From positions 323,642 to 387,641 of the forward strand of contig CAWGML010000001.1 in the NCBI GenBank assembly GCA_963823765.1: a DNA stretch of 64,000 nucleotides. The letters are read 5' to 3'. Below are positions 49,346-58,586 of the stretch, piece by piece; the first letter of the stretch is position 1; every line of letters starts with the position of its first letter. The notes under the pieces were generated by a model, which saw nothing but the letters and a program-made list of their open reading frames with translations, had not been told where the DNA came from and did not search any database. Made by a program: the position numbers and the translations under genes. This DNA comes from Candidatus Dormiibacterota bacterium. GTDB lineage: Bacteria; Chloroflexota; Dormibacteria; Aeolococcales; Aeolococcaceae.

Positions 49346-50158
49346 ATGCACGCGGAGACCAGGGGGCGGGTGCTGGCCGACACCGTGGCCGGGCTGCAGC
49401 GGCGCTACGGCAACGCCGCCGTGCACCGCGGCCCCGAGCCTGATGGCGGCGAGGCGGGCAGCTGGGTCACCGGCATCCCCGCCCTCGACGTCCGCCTCAC
49501 CCCGGGTGGCCTCCCCCGCGGCAGGGTCACCCTTCTCCAGGCGGCCCGGGCGGGGACGAGCGGTCGGCTCACCCTTCTCCAGGCCCTGGCGGCTCGGGCC
49601 AGCCGCGAGGGGGAGGTGGTCTACGTCGACGTCGCCGCAAGCCTCGACCCCGGCTTCCTCGCCGACCTCGGCGCCGACCTCGGCAGCTGCCTCGCCGTCC
49701 TCCCCGGCCGGGGGCGCTGGCGTGAGGGGCTGGCGATGGCCCGCGCCCTGGTGGTCGCCGGCTCGCCATGGGTCGGGGTGGCGCTCGACCGCGGCCATCC
49801 CCGCAGCGCCGAGATCGAGCAGGCGCTCAACGGGCTCGTCGAGGCGGTGCACCGGCGTCGCGCCGTCTGCGTCGTCGCCGCGCCCGCGCCGGCCGCGGCG
49901 CCGCTCGCCTACGCGTCGTCGCTGACGCTGTCCTGCCTGCCCGTTGGCTGGCAGGAGGCGCACGGCGACATCACCGGGCTGCGGGTGGCGCTCGAGGTGA
50001 GCAAGAGCCGCCTGTTCGCGCCGGGTGCCACCGACACCCTGCTGCTCCGCTACCCCCGGCCCTACGCCACCGCAGAGGTGGTGGGCTACCCCGCGGTGAT
50101 GCCGGCGGTGCGCGAGGGAGAGGCGGCCGAGCTGACGGTGGTGCACCTCAGTGCATGA
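49346..50158 (+). CDS. imuA: ImuA'/ImuA-like RecA-fold protein of the SOS mutagenesis cassette
   Basis: WVTGIPALDVRLTPGGLPRGRVTLLQAARAGTSGRLTLLQALAARASREGEVVYVDVAASLDPGFLADLGADL is RecA/ImuA-like with a degenerate P-loop. Overlaps the imuB start. Confidence 0.8.
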   Translation: MHAETRGRVLADTVAGLQRRYGNAAVHRGPEPDGGEAGSWVTGIPALDVRLTPGGLPRGRVTLLQAARAGTSGRLTLLQALAARASREGEVVYVDVAASLDPGFLADLGADLGSCLAVLPGRGRWREGLAMARALVVAGSPWVGVALDRGHPRSAEIEQALNGLVEAVHRRRAVCVVAAPAPAAAPLAYASSLTLSCLPVGWQEAHGDITGLRVALEVSKSRLFAPGATDTLLLRYPRPYATAEVVGYPAVMPAVREGEAAELTVVHLSA

Positions 50159-51569
50159 GCAGCCGCGGCGGCTGCTCTGTGCCCGCCATCCGCACCTCGG
50201 CCTGGTGGCGGCGCTGCGCCGCCATCCCGAGCTGCGCGGGGAGGCGGTGATCGTCGGGGGTGCGCCCGAGCTGCGCCTCCCGGTGCTCGCCGCATCGGCG
50301 GCGGCCACCGCCTGCGGGGTGGCCGCCGGGCAACCGCTTCGCCAGGCCCAGCAGCTCTGCCCGCAGGCGGCCTTCGTCAGCGTCGACGGTGGCGACGTCG
50401 AGCGGCTGCGCGCCGCCGTCGCCACCGCGCTCGGCACCCTCAGCCCGGCGGTGGAGACGGGGGACGAGGAGAGCTACTGCGACCTCAGCGGTGGCCACGT
50501 CGCCTACCCCGACGAGGGCCGCTGGGCGGCGGCGGTCGCGCGCACGCTCATGGAGACGCTCGACGGCGAGCTCCCCGCCGTGGGCGTAGCCTCCACGCGG
50601 TTCGTCGCCCACATCGCCGCGCTCGCCAGCGAGCCCCGCCATGTCCGTCGCGTCCCCGCCGGCGCGGAGGCGGCCTTCCTGGCGCCGCTGCCACTGGGAC
50701 TCCTTCCTGTCGACCCCGCCATCGGCGCCCGGCTGGCGGCGCTCGGCCTCGACTGCCTGGGGGCTGTCGCCAACCTGTCGCCGGTGGAGCTGCAGCGCCA
50801 GTTCGGCGCCGAGGGGCTGGCGCTCCATCGCCACTGCCGCGGCGAGGACGAGGGCGACCTGAGCCTCGATCCCGCCCCGCGACGGGCTGTGGAGAGGGTG
50901 GTCCTCGACGGCGCGGTCAGCGACCTCGAGGTCCTCCGCTTCGCCGCCCACCGCTGTGCCACCGACCTCGGCGAGGACCTCCGCAGCCGGGGCCTCGTGG
51001 CCGTGGCCGTGGCCCTGGTGCTCGAGCTCGAGGAGGCGCCCGGGGTGCGCGCCACTATCCCGCCGCCCCTGCCCGCCGGCAACGCCCCCGAGCTGTGGGC
51101 AACCGTTCTCGGCCTGCTCGGCGAGGTGCGTCCGCAGGCGCCGGTCACGGCCATCCGCCTCGAGGTGGAGCTGCGTGGGGCGGCCGGCCGGCAGACCGAC
51201 CTCTGGCGCGGGGGTGACGCCGAACGCGAGCAGGTGCTGGCGGCGGCCGCGCGGTTGCAGCGCCGCTACGGTGAGACGGCGCTCCGCCGGCCCCGCCTCG
51301 CTGACGACCCCGGCGACATCCCCGAGCGGCGTTTCCACTGGGACGCGCCCGTTCCCGTGGCCCTGGCTGCGCCTGCCGCACCCGCCGTCCCGGCAGCGGC
51401 GCCGGACAGCTCCGCCGGCCTGGCGGCGCGGTCGTCGACGCTGCCGGCCCAGAAGGGCAAGGTGCCCTGGTCCCGTCCCGCGGGGGCGCGGCCGCCGGCT
51501 CGTGGGCACCCGCGACCCGTCACCGTGCAGACCGCCTTGCACGGTGCCGCCGGGAAGACCCACGTGTGA
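50151..51569 (+). CDS. imuB: ImuB, Y-family-polymerase-like protein
   Basis: LLCARHPHLGLVAALRRHPELRGEAVIVGG...CPQAAFVSVDG...ESYCDLSG has a Y-family palm layout. The usual catalytic acidic pair is not evident by eye. Confidence 0.85.
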   Translation: MHEQPRRLLCARHPHLGLVAALRRHPELRGEAVIVGGAPELRLPVLAASAAATACGVAAGQPLRQAQQLCPQAAFVSVDGGDVERLRAAVATALGTLSPAVETGDEESYCDLSGGHVAYPDEGRWAAAVARTLMETLDGELPAVGVASTRFVAHIAALASEPRHVRRVPAGAEAAFLAPLPLGLLPVDPAIGARLAALGLDCLGAVANLSPVELQRQFGAEGLALHRHCRGEDEGDLSLDPAPRRAVERVVLDGAVSDLEVLRFAAHRCATDLGEDLRSRGLVAVAVALVLELEEAPGVRATIPPPLPAGNAPELWATVLGLLGEVRPQAPVTAIRLEVELRGAAGRQTDLWRGGDAEREQVLAAAARLQRRYGETALRRPRLADDPGDIPERRFHWDAPVPVALAAPAAPAVPAAAPDSSAGLAARSSTLPAQKGKVPWSRPAGARPPARGHPRPVTVQTALHGAAGKTHV

Positions 51570-51820
51570 CCGAGCTGCTCGACGGTGCCGTGGAGGTACG
51601 CGGCCAGGGACGCGAGGCGGACACCCCCGCGGCGCTGCGCACCGACGCCGGCTGGCGTCGCATCGAACGGGTGGTCACCCGCTGGGTGGTGGAGACCGAC
51701 TGGTGGCGCCGCCCGGTCCGCCGCGAGTACCTCCGCTGCCTGCTCGCCGGCGGCGAGTGCTGCGAGATCTACCGCGACCGCGATGGCGACGGCTGGTCCT
51801 GGTCGCGCCGCTATGACTGA
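51566..51820 (+). CDS. 84-aa Trp/Arg-rich protein translationally coupled to imuB
   Basis: GTG 51566 overlaps the imuB TGA (GTGA). MTELLDGAVEVRGQGREADTPAALRTDAGWRRIERVVTRWVVETDWWRRPVRREYLRCLLAGGECCEIYRDRDGDGWSWSRRYD. Confidence 0.55.
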   Translation: MTELLDGAVEVRGQGREADTPAALRTDAGWRRIERVVTRWVVETDWWRRPVRREYLRCLLAGGECCEIYRDRDGDGWSWSRRYD

Positions 51821-51865
51821 GCACCGGCCGTACCTCCGCCCGGTAGGGGCGAGCGGAGGCCGGTC

Positions 51866-51908
51866 CGGCTGTGTGCGATGGCTGCCAGGGTTGACCACCA
51901 CACAGCCG
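51866..51908 (+). other. 10-bp perfect stem-loop between ORF84 and dnaE2
   Basis: CGGCTGTGTG (51866-51875) pairs with CACACAGCCG (51899-51908); the loop is 23 nt. It is followed by the AT-rich stretch TATAGTTACACAAATAAGTAGTAGCTGTCA before ATG 51939. Confidence 0.5.
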
Positions 51909-51938
51909 TATAGTTACACAAATAAGTAGTAGCTGTCA

Positions 51939-54900
51939 ATGGCGCCCTTCGCGGAGCTGGCCGCCCGTTCCCACTTCTCCTTCCTCGAGGGCTCGGCCTC
52001 GCCGCGCACCCTGGTGGCCACCGCCGCCGCGCTGGGCATCGAGGCGCTGGGGCTGTGCGACCGCAACGGGCTGTACGGGGCCGTCGGCTTCATGGAGGCG
52101 GCTCGCACCGCGGGGATCCGCGCCGTCATCGGAGCCGAGCTCGACCTCGACGGCGGCGACCGGCTCCGCCTGCTCGCCCGCCATCGGGACGGCTATCGCC
52201 AGCTGGCCCGGGCCATCAGCGCCGCCCAGCTCGCCGGTGTCAAAGGACAGCCGAGGCTGCGCCTGGCCGGGCTGGACAGGGAGCTTCCCGGCGCCGCTCG
52301 CCCCGTCGGCTCAACGCCAGGGCGCCGGCGCCGGCCCACCCTGGCACCGCCGGAACGGCCCGCCGCGCTCCGCCCCACCGCGGGACCTTTCCCGCAGGGA
52401 TGGCCGGGACTGCCGTCGACCACCCCGCTGGCGGAGGGTGAGCCGGCGACGGTCGACCCCGCTCACCTCGACGGCTGCACCGTCCTCGCGGGAGGCCCGG
52501 AGAGCCTCATCACCACCGCCCTGGTGCGCGGCGACCTGCGCGGCGCCACGCACCGGTGTGAGCAGCTGCGTGACTGCTTCGGACGTGACCGCATCGCCCT
52601 GCTGCTCAGCCACCACCGCCACCCCGGCGACGCCTGGCTGGCCGCGCAGACAGCACTGCTGGCCCGCCGCACAGGCATCCCGCTGGTGGCCAGCGGCCTG
52701 CCTGTTCATGCCAATCATGGCGACAAGCCATTGCTCGACGTGCTCACCGCCATCCGGCACCGCACCACGCTGGACGCCGCCGCCGCGCACGGTCTCCTGC
52801 TTCCCAATGCCGAGCACCGCATGCGCGGTGAGGCGGAGCTGCGCAGCCTCCTCGCCGACCACCCCGAGGCGTTCGAGCTGGCCGGCCACCTCGCCGCCCA
52901 GTGCGACGTCGAGCTCGACTTCACGGAGTCACGCTTTCCCGGTTTCCCTGTCCCGGAAGGCGAAACCCCGTTCTCGGTCCTCTACCGGCTCTGCCAGGAA
53001 GCGGTGCAGCGCAAGTACCGGCCGATGACCCGCGCGGTGGCAGCGCGGCTGCAGCGCGAGCTCGAGGTGATCGAGAAGACCAACCTCGCCGAGTTCTTCC
53101 TGATCACCTGGGACATCATGCGTTTCGCCCGCGAGCAGCACATCCCGGGACAGGGGAGGGGGAGTGCGGCCGACAGCATCGTCGCCTACCTGCTCGACAT
53201 CACCCGCGTCGACCCCGTGGCCCACGACCTGCTGTTCGAGCGCTTCCTCCACGAGGACCACCAGGGCACGCCCGACATCGACATCGACTTCTCCACCGAC
53301 CACCGCGAGCAGGTGCTGCAGTACGTCTATGAGAAGTACGGCGCCGAACGCACCGGCATGGTCGCCAACATCGTCACCTACCGGCCGCGCATGGCGATGC
53401 GCCAGGTGGGCGCGGCGATGGGCTTCCCCGAAACGCTCATCGACAAACTCGCCAAGGGCGTCGACGGCTGGCAAACGAAGGGGGGACAGGTCGCCCCCTG
53501 CGTGCAACCCCCCTCTGGCGGTGTCGGCTCCGGCGACATGAAGTCGCCTGCGCCGACGGAGTTGGACGGTGCCTTACCGTGGCGGCAGTTCGAAGAAGTC
53601 CTCTATGCCATCGAGGGGACGCCGCGCCACCTCGGCATCCACGTCGGCGGCATGCTGGTCACCGGTGAGCCGCTGGTCGACGTGGCGCCGGTGGAGCGCG
53701 CCACCATGCCCGGGCGCGTCGTGGTGCAGTTCAACAAGGACGACGTCGAGGACCTCGGCCTCATCAAGATGGACCTGCTCGGACTGCGCACCCTGTCGGC
53801 GGTCGCCGAGTGCCTCGACCTCATCGAGCAGCGCACCGGGGATCGCCCCGACCTCGACGAGCTGCCGCTCGACGACCCCGCGGTCTTTGCGTCGATCCAG
53901 AAGGTGGACACCATCGGTCTCTTCCAGATCGAGTCGCGCGCCCAGCAGCAGTCGCTGTGGCAGTCCCAGCCACGCGAGTTCAACGACCTCATCGTGCAGG
54001 TGGCGATCATCCGCCCCGGCCCCATCCAGGGCGATGCCGTCAACCCCTACCTGCGCCGCCGCCAGGGGCTCGAACCGGTCACCTACCTGCACCCGTCGTT
54101 GGAGCCAATCCTGGCCGAAACGATGGGCGTGGTGCTGTACCAGGAGCAGATCCTGCGCATCGTCATGGAGGTGGCCGGCTACACGGCAGGGCAGGCCGAC
54201 CGCTTCCGGCGGGCCATGAACCGGCACCGCTCGCGCGTCGAGATGGAGGAGCTGCGCGATGAGTTCGTGAGCCGCTGCGGGTCGGTCACCGGCATGCCGG
54301 TGACCGTCGCCGAGCAGGTCTTCAAGGGCGTCGCCGGTTTTGCGCAGTTCGGTTTCTGCAAGAGCCACGCCGCTGCCTTCGCGCGCACCGCGTACGAGAC
54401 AGCCTGGCTGCGCCTTCACCATCCCGCGGAGTACGTGTGCGCCCTGCTCAACGCGCAGCCGATGGGCTTCTACCATCCCTCGGTCCTCGTCGAGGACGCC
54501 AAGCACCACGGGGTGCGCTTCCTGGCCGTCGACGTCGCCCGCAGCCGGGCCCGCTGCACCATGGAGGAGGGTGCGGTGCGGCTGGGCTTCAACTACATGA
54601 AAGCGCTCGGTCCCGCCGCACGCATCGCCTGCGAGGAGGCGGCTCTTGCCGGCGCCACGTCGCTGCGTGACTTCTGGCGGCACACCCTGCTGCCCCGGCG
54701 AGCCATGGAGAACCTGGTGCTGGCCGGCGCCTTCGACGCCACAGAGCAGGGGCGGCATCGCCGTGAGCTGCTCTGGGAGCTGAAGCAGGTGGAGGAGAGC
54801 CTTCCCCCGCGCACCGCTGCCCGCCGTGCCGTCGACGCACAGGCGGTTCCGTCGCAGCGACGCCCTCCGCGCGGCCGGGGCGCGCTTGCCGGCAGCCGCC

Positions 54901-55442
54901 TCGGCGACGACCGCCCGGCGTCGCGCCGGCTCGAGGCCGACCCGCTGTCCCCGCTCCTCGAGCTGCCGGCAGCGCCACCTCCGCTGCCGGAGATGGACGA
55001 GCGCACCCGGGTCCTCACCGAGTACGCGCTCAGCGAGGTGAGCACCGGGCGCCACCTGCTCTCCTTCATCCGCGCCCAGCTCGCCTCCCTGAGATGCCGG
55101 CCGCTGGCCACCATCCGCGACCTCGCCGATGGCACCAGGGTGCGCGTGGCCGGGCTGGTGATCGCCCGCCAGGCGCCGGCGTCGGCGAGCGGTTTCCGCT
55201 TCTTCACGCTTGCCGACGAGGACGCCCACCTCGACCTCATCTTCCGCCCGGACGTGGTCACCCGCACCCGCAGGGTCGCCAACCACAACCCGCTGCTGAT
55301 GGTGGAGGGGCGCCTGCAGAACGAGCGCGGACGGGTCAACCTCGTGGTCGAGACCGTCGTCGCCCTCGACGGAGAGGGTGTGCCGGTCGACGCCGGCTCC
55401 CGCGCCGCGATGACCGCGCCCCCCTCACACGACTTCCGCTGA
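51939..55442 (+). CDS. dnaE2: error-prone DNA polymerase III alpha subunit DnaE2
   Basis: 1167 aa. PHP domain start FAELAARSHFSFLEGSASP. Polymerase core (GRGSAADSIVAYLLDIT, PDIDIDF, KMDLLGLRTL, LFQIESRAQ). C-terminal OB region. Confidence 0.95.
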   Translation: MAPFAELAARSHFSFLEGSASPRTLVATAAALGIEALGLCDRNGLYGAVGFMEAARTAGIRAVIGAELDLDGGDRLRLLARHRDGYRQLARAISAAQLAGVKGQPRLRLAGLDRELPGAARPVGSTPGRRRRPTLAPPERPAALRPTAGPFPQGWPGLPSTTPLAEGEPATVDPAHLDGCTVLAGGPESLITTALVRGDLRGATHRCEQLRDCFGRDRIALLLSHHRHPGDAWLAAQTALLARRTGIPLVASGLPVHANHGDKPLLDVLTAIRHRTTLDAAAAHGLLLPNAEHRMRGEAELRSLLADHPEAFELAGHLAAQCDVELDFTESRFPGFPVPEGETPFSVLYRLCQEAVQRKYRPMTRAVAARLQRELEVIEKTNLAEFFLITWDIMRFAREQHIPGQGRGSAADSIVAYLLDITRVDPVAHDLLFERFLHEDHQGTPDIDIDFSTDHREQVLQYVYEKYGAERTGMVANIVTYRPRMAMRQVGAAMGFPETLIDKLAKGVDGWQTKGGQVAPCVQPPSGGVGSGDMKSPAPTELDGALPWRQFEEVLYAIEGTPRHLGIHVGGMLVTGEPLVDVAPVERATMPGRVVVQFNKDDVEDLGLIKMDLLGLRTLSAVAECLDLIEQRTGDRPDLDELPLDDPAVFASIQKVDTIGLFQIESRAQQQSLWQSQPREFNDLIVQVAIIRPGPIQGDAVNPYLRRRQGLEPVTYLHPSLEPILAETMGVVLYQEQILRIVMEVAGYTAGQADRFRRAMNRHRSRVEMEELRDEFVSRCGSVTGMPVTVAEQVFKGVAGFAQFGFCKSHAAAFARTAYETAWLRLHHPAEYVCALLNAQPMGFYHPSVLVEDAKHHGVRFLAVDVARSRARCTMEEGAVRLGFNYMKALGPAARIACEEAALAGATSLRDFWRHTLLPRRAMENLVLAGAFDATEQGRHRRELLWELKQVEESLPPRTAARRAVDAQAVPSQRRPPRGRGALAGSRLGDDRPASRRLEADPLSPLLELPAAPPPLPEMDERTRVLTEYALSEVSTGRHLLSFIRAQLASLRCRPLATIRDLADGTRVRVAGLVIARQAPASASGFRFFTLADEDAHLDLIFRPDVVTRTRRVANHNPLLMVEGRLQNERGRVNLVVETVVALDGEGVPVDAGSRAAMTAPPSHDFR

Positions 55443-55445
55443 CCT

Positions 55446-56172
55446 CTACCGCCGCCGCCTCGGTCTGCTCCGCCGCCGGCCCAGGCGCGCCGCCCCGATC
55501 ACCACGGCGAGCACCACCACCACGACCACGATGAGGATGACGATGGTCCCGCCCCCACCACCCCCGCTTCCCGAGCCGCCGCCGCTCCCCGACGCCTGTC
55601 CCTGCGCCACCAGGGCGAAGATGCCCAGCGTGGGTGGAGTTGGCGTCGTAGGTGGTCCCGCACCCGCTCGGGACCGTCCGCGACGGCGCTGCCCAGCGCG
55701 TCCCGTCGAAATGTTCGATCGCGAATTGCGACCCACCGCTGCGCGTTGCCTCGAGAACGATGGTTGCCAGGTGGTTGGGGGCGAGCCCCACCACCTGGCT
55801 GCCGGCGCGAGCTTCGAAGTCGTAGACGTTGCCGTCGATGGCGCCGTCGGCGGGCTTGACCGCCGGCGGCTTCACCGGGGTGATCGACACGGTCACTGCC
55901 GAGGTGCCCGGCGGCGCCACGATGCCGCCGGCGCTGACGATGACCTGGGCCTGCGGCGTGTTGGGGTTGTCGGCGAGCTCGAAGGTGTTGGCGAGGTCAG
56001 CAGCGGAGAAGGTCTGCGACGCCGAGGGTGGTCCAGGGTGGGCGCCGAACATCGTGTACTGGGGCGGCAGGCAGATGCCGTCGTAGAGCGGCGGCCCACC
56101 GCCGCTCCCGCGAACCACTGCGAGCGTCAGCAGCGCGACCGCGGCGGCGGCGAGAGCGGTGGCCCGTCTCAT
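55446..56172 (-). pseudogene. secreted protein with Gly/Ser linker and C-terminal TM anchor, frame broken once
   Basis: ATG 56172 (ATGA overlap with the CPBP stop): MRRATALAAAAVALLTLAVVRG... through ...GCGTTYDANST. The anchor TLGIFALVAQGQASGSGGGSGSGGGGGGTIVILIVVVVVVLAVVIGAARLGRRR* is in the frame of ORF 55446..55736. The junction is at a run of three G:C base pairs (55632-55634). Confidence 0.6.
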
Positions 56173-56750
56173 CCGAGCCACCCCGTTGCGGCATCCGCGA
56201 GCACGTGCGCGACCAGCGGTGCGGTGACACCGCCGCTGCCCACCCGCAGGCAGCCGAGGAAGACGCCCACGCACAGGTCGATGGGCAGCGCTGACGCTCC
56301 GTACAGGGGCAGGTGGATGGCCGCGAAGAGCACTGCGGTGACTGCCACCGCGACGGCGTCACCGGACCGGTCCCGCACCGCATCGAAGAGCACACCGCGG
56401 AACACCAGCTCCTCGGTCGTCGCGACGATGCTCACCAGCGGCAGCCACCAGGTCAGCGTCAGCGCCGGTGCCCGCGCGCCGAGGACGATGGCGGGCAACC
56501 CCGCCAGCGAGAGGGCGACCAGCGCGGCGCCGCCGCCCAGCCCGAGCACCACCCCGGACCACGACACCTGCCTGGGCCGGGCGCCGGCGCAGACGGCCGC
56601 GGCCGCGAGCGCTGCCGCGAAGACCGCCGCGGCGGGGACGGAGGCCGCCGGCGCCGCCCCGCCGATGAGCGCTCGCGCGATGGCCGCGCAGCCCACCGCG
56701 ACGACAAGCGCGGGGGCGCGACCCGGGCCCGCCACGCGGGCGCTGATCAC
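56169..56750 (-). CDS. CPBP (CAAX/Abi-type) intramembrane metalloprotease
   Basis: Multi-TM with TTEELVFRGVLF (EExxxR) and FAAIHL (FxxxH) motifs. Confidence 0.8.
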   Translation of the reverse strand: MISARVAGPGRAPALVVAVGCAAIARALIGGAAPAASVPAAAVFAAALAAAAVCAGARPRQVSWSGVVLGLGGGAALVALSLAGLPAIVLGARAPALTLTWWLPLVSIVATTEELVFRGVLFDAVRDRSGDAVAVAVTAVLFAAIHLPLYGASALPIDLCVGVFLGCLRVGSGGVTAPLVAHVLADAATGWLG

Positions 56751-56814
56751 TCCGGCAGGAGAAGTCGTCGGACCACCCCCGGATGATCGCCGACGAGCCC
56801 GTCGTCGGAGAGTC

Positions 56815-58320
56815 TCAGGCTTGGATGGCGTCGGGTCGCAGAGCCGTGGCGCGCCTGCGGCCCCCGGCCGGCGCGCCGATCAGCCCGGCCAGCGCCCGTG
56901 CGGCGGTCATGGCCGCGTCGAGCTGGTCGCCGTCGAAGGGGGTGCGGGCGCGTCGCTCGCAGATCAGCACCGCCGACACGACGTCGCCGTCGACCACAGG
57001 CACCGCCAGCGTCGACAGCACCTCGATGTTCGAGCGCCGCTGCGCCCGATGGCCGGCAGCCTCGGTGAACAGGACACCACGTCGCTGCTGGACGACCCGT
57101 TCCAGGATGCCGGCAGGCAGCCCTCCCGTCACCGTCGCGGACGGAGGCAGCAGCGCCGCGTGCCGGGCCCCCACCTCTGCCGCAAGCCGCGTGAGCACCG
57201 CCTGCACGCCCTGGCTGAGGGCGACCTCGCTCCAGAGCCGGGGACGGCGTCGCACGGCGACGCGGTTGGTGATCCCGTTGATCAGCATCGCCACCAGCGC
57301 TCCCGCGGCGGCTGACACGACCGGCGGCGCCACCACCACGAGCGCCGCGTAGGCGCCGAACATCGCCAGCCCGGAGAGGACGGCGCGCTCGAGGTAGCGT
57401 GCGGTTCCCTCACCGAGGCCGTGGCGCTGGTCGGCGAACGTCCACCTGCGGTTGAGCACGGTGTTCCAGGCCAGGCTCGGCGGGTAGGCGAGGAGGAAGG
57501 CGGCCAGCGCGGGGAGATGGGCGGTCCCCGTGAGCGCGACCACCAGCGGAAGGAGGATGGCCATGCCGCTCAGCCCCACCAGCCCGAACTTCCAGGGTCG
57601 CGCCGATCCCTGCACCTCGAGCACCAGCGAGCGGATGTGCCCGAGGAAGAGCAGGCCCTGGCGGACGCTCGCCTTGCTGGTCCCCCGGGTGCGCGCCGCG
57701 AAGTCGAGCGGGACGTCGCGCACCCGCAGCCCGGGCACGCAGACGAGGAGCTCGAGCAGGATCTTGAACCCGACCGGGCGGAACTCGATGCCATCGATGA
57801 CGCGCCGGCGGCAGAGGAAGAACCCGCTGAGGGGGTCGGTGCTCGCCCTCGCCTCGCTGAAGAGCCACCGGGCCGTTTCCCCGGCCGCCCGGCTGACCAG
57901 CCGGCGACCGGCCCCGTCGAGCCCGCGCCGGCTGCCCCCGCGCATGTACCGGCTGGCCACGACGACGTCGGCGCCGTCACGGGCGGCGGCGAGCATGCCG
58001 GGGATGTCCTCCGGGGGGTGCTGGAGGTCGGCGTCCATGACGCAGACGAACTCACCGCGGGTGCGATGGACCCCGCACAGAACGGCCGTGCTCAGCCCTC
58101 CGGCACGCTCGGCACCATCGCGATGGACCATGTCCACGCGCGCGTCCCCGGCTGCGGCGGTGGCGATTGCGGCCGGCGTGCGGTCGTCGGAGTCGTCCAC
58201 GAAGAGGATCTCGTGGTCGACCGTGCCCAGCGCCGCCCGGAGCCGTTCCAGCAACGGGCCGACGTTCGCCTCCTCATCGCGGGTGGGGACGACCACGCTG
58301 AGCAGCGGCGCACCGTTCAT
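56815..58320 (-). CDS. family-2 glycosyltransferase (polyprenol-phosphate sugar synthase-like) fused to GtrA-like TM region and C-terminal GAF-like domain
   Basis: ATG 58320: MNGAPLLSVVVPTRDEEANV...FVDDSDD...VMDADLQHPPE (GT2 DxD). Four TM helices with NRRWTF (GtrA-like). Tail ...STLAVPVVDGDVVSAVLICERRARTPFDGDQLDAAMTAARALAGLI (GAF-like). Confidence 0.75.
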   Translation of the reverse strand: MNGAPLLSVVVPTRDEEANVGPLLERLRAALGTVDHEILFVDDSDDRTPAAIATAAAGDARVDMVHRDGAERAGGLSTAVLCGVHRTRGEFVCVMDADLQHPPEDIPGMLAAARDGADVVVASRYMRGGSRRGLDGAGRRLVSRAAGETARWLFSEARASTDPLSGFFLCRRRVIDGIEFRPVGFKILLELLVCVPGLRVRDVPLDFAARTRGTSKASVRQGLLFLGHIRSLVLEVQGSARPWKFGLVGLSGMAILLPLVVALTGTAHLPALAAFLLAYPPSLAWNTVLNRRWTFADQRHGLGEGTARYLERAVLSGLAMFGAYAALVVVAPPVVSAAAGALVAMLINGITNRVAVRRRPRLWSEVALSQGVQAVLTRLAAEVGARHAALLPPSATVTGGLPAGILERVVQQRRGVLFTEAAGHRAQRRSNIEVLSTLAVPVVDGDVVSAVLICERRARTPFDGDQLDAAMTAARALAGLIGAPAGGRRRATALRPDAIQA

Positions 58321-58586
58321 GCCCCGAGGATAGGCGGGCTCCGCGGCTGCGCCAGAGCCGCGTGGTCGATCTGCCACGGACCGTGACCGGACCGCAACCG
58401 CGGAGGGTCCGCAGAGCTCGCGTGCCTGCAAGTTTTGCCGGGCGGGCCGCGTCTGACTACAAAGGGGGAGACAAACGGGGGCCACAGGATCACCATGTCT
58501 ATTGCTGATAGCGGCGACGGGAGGTTGAGGCGAATGCACGGTCGTGACCGTCTGCCTGCTGACCCGTCGACTGAGGTGAGGGACCG

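Noticed and set aside
51891-51914. TTGACC / TATAGT as a sigma-70 promoter for dnaE2
   Set aside because: The spacer is only 12 nt, against 16-18 nt required. Alternative -10 choices are poor. It is left as part of the unexplained hairpin and AT-rich leader.
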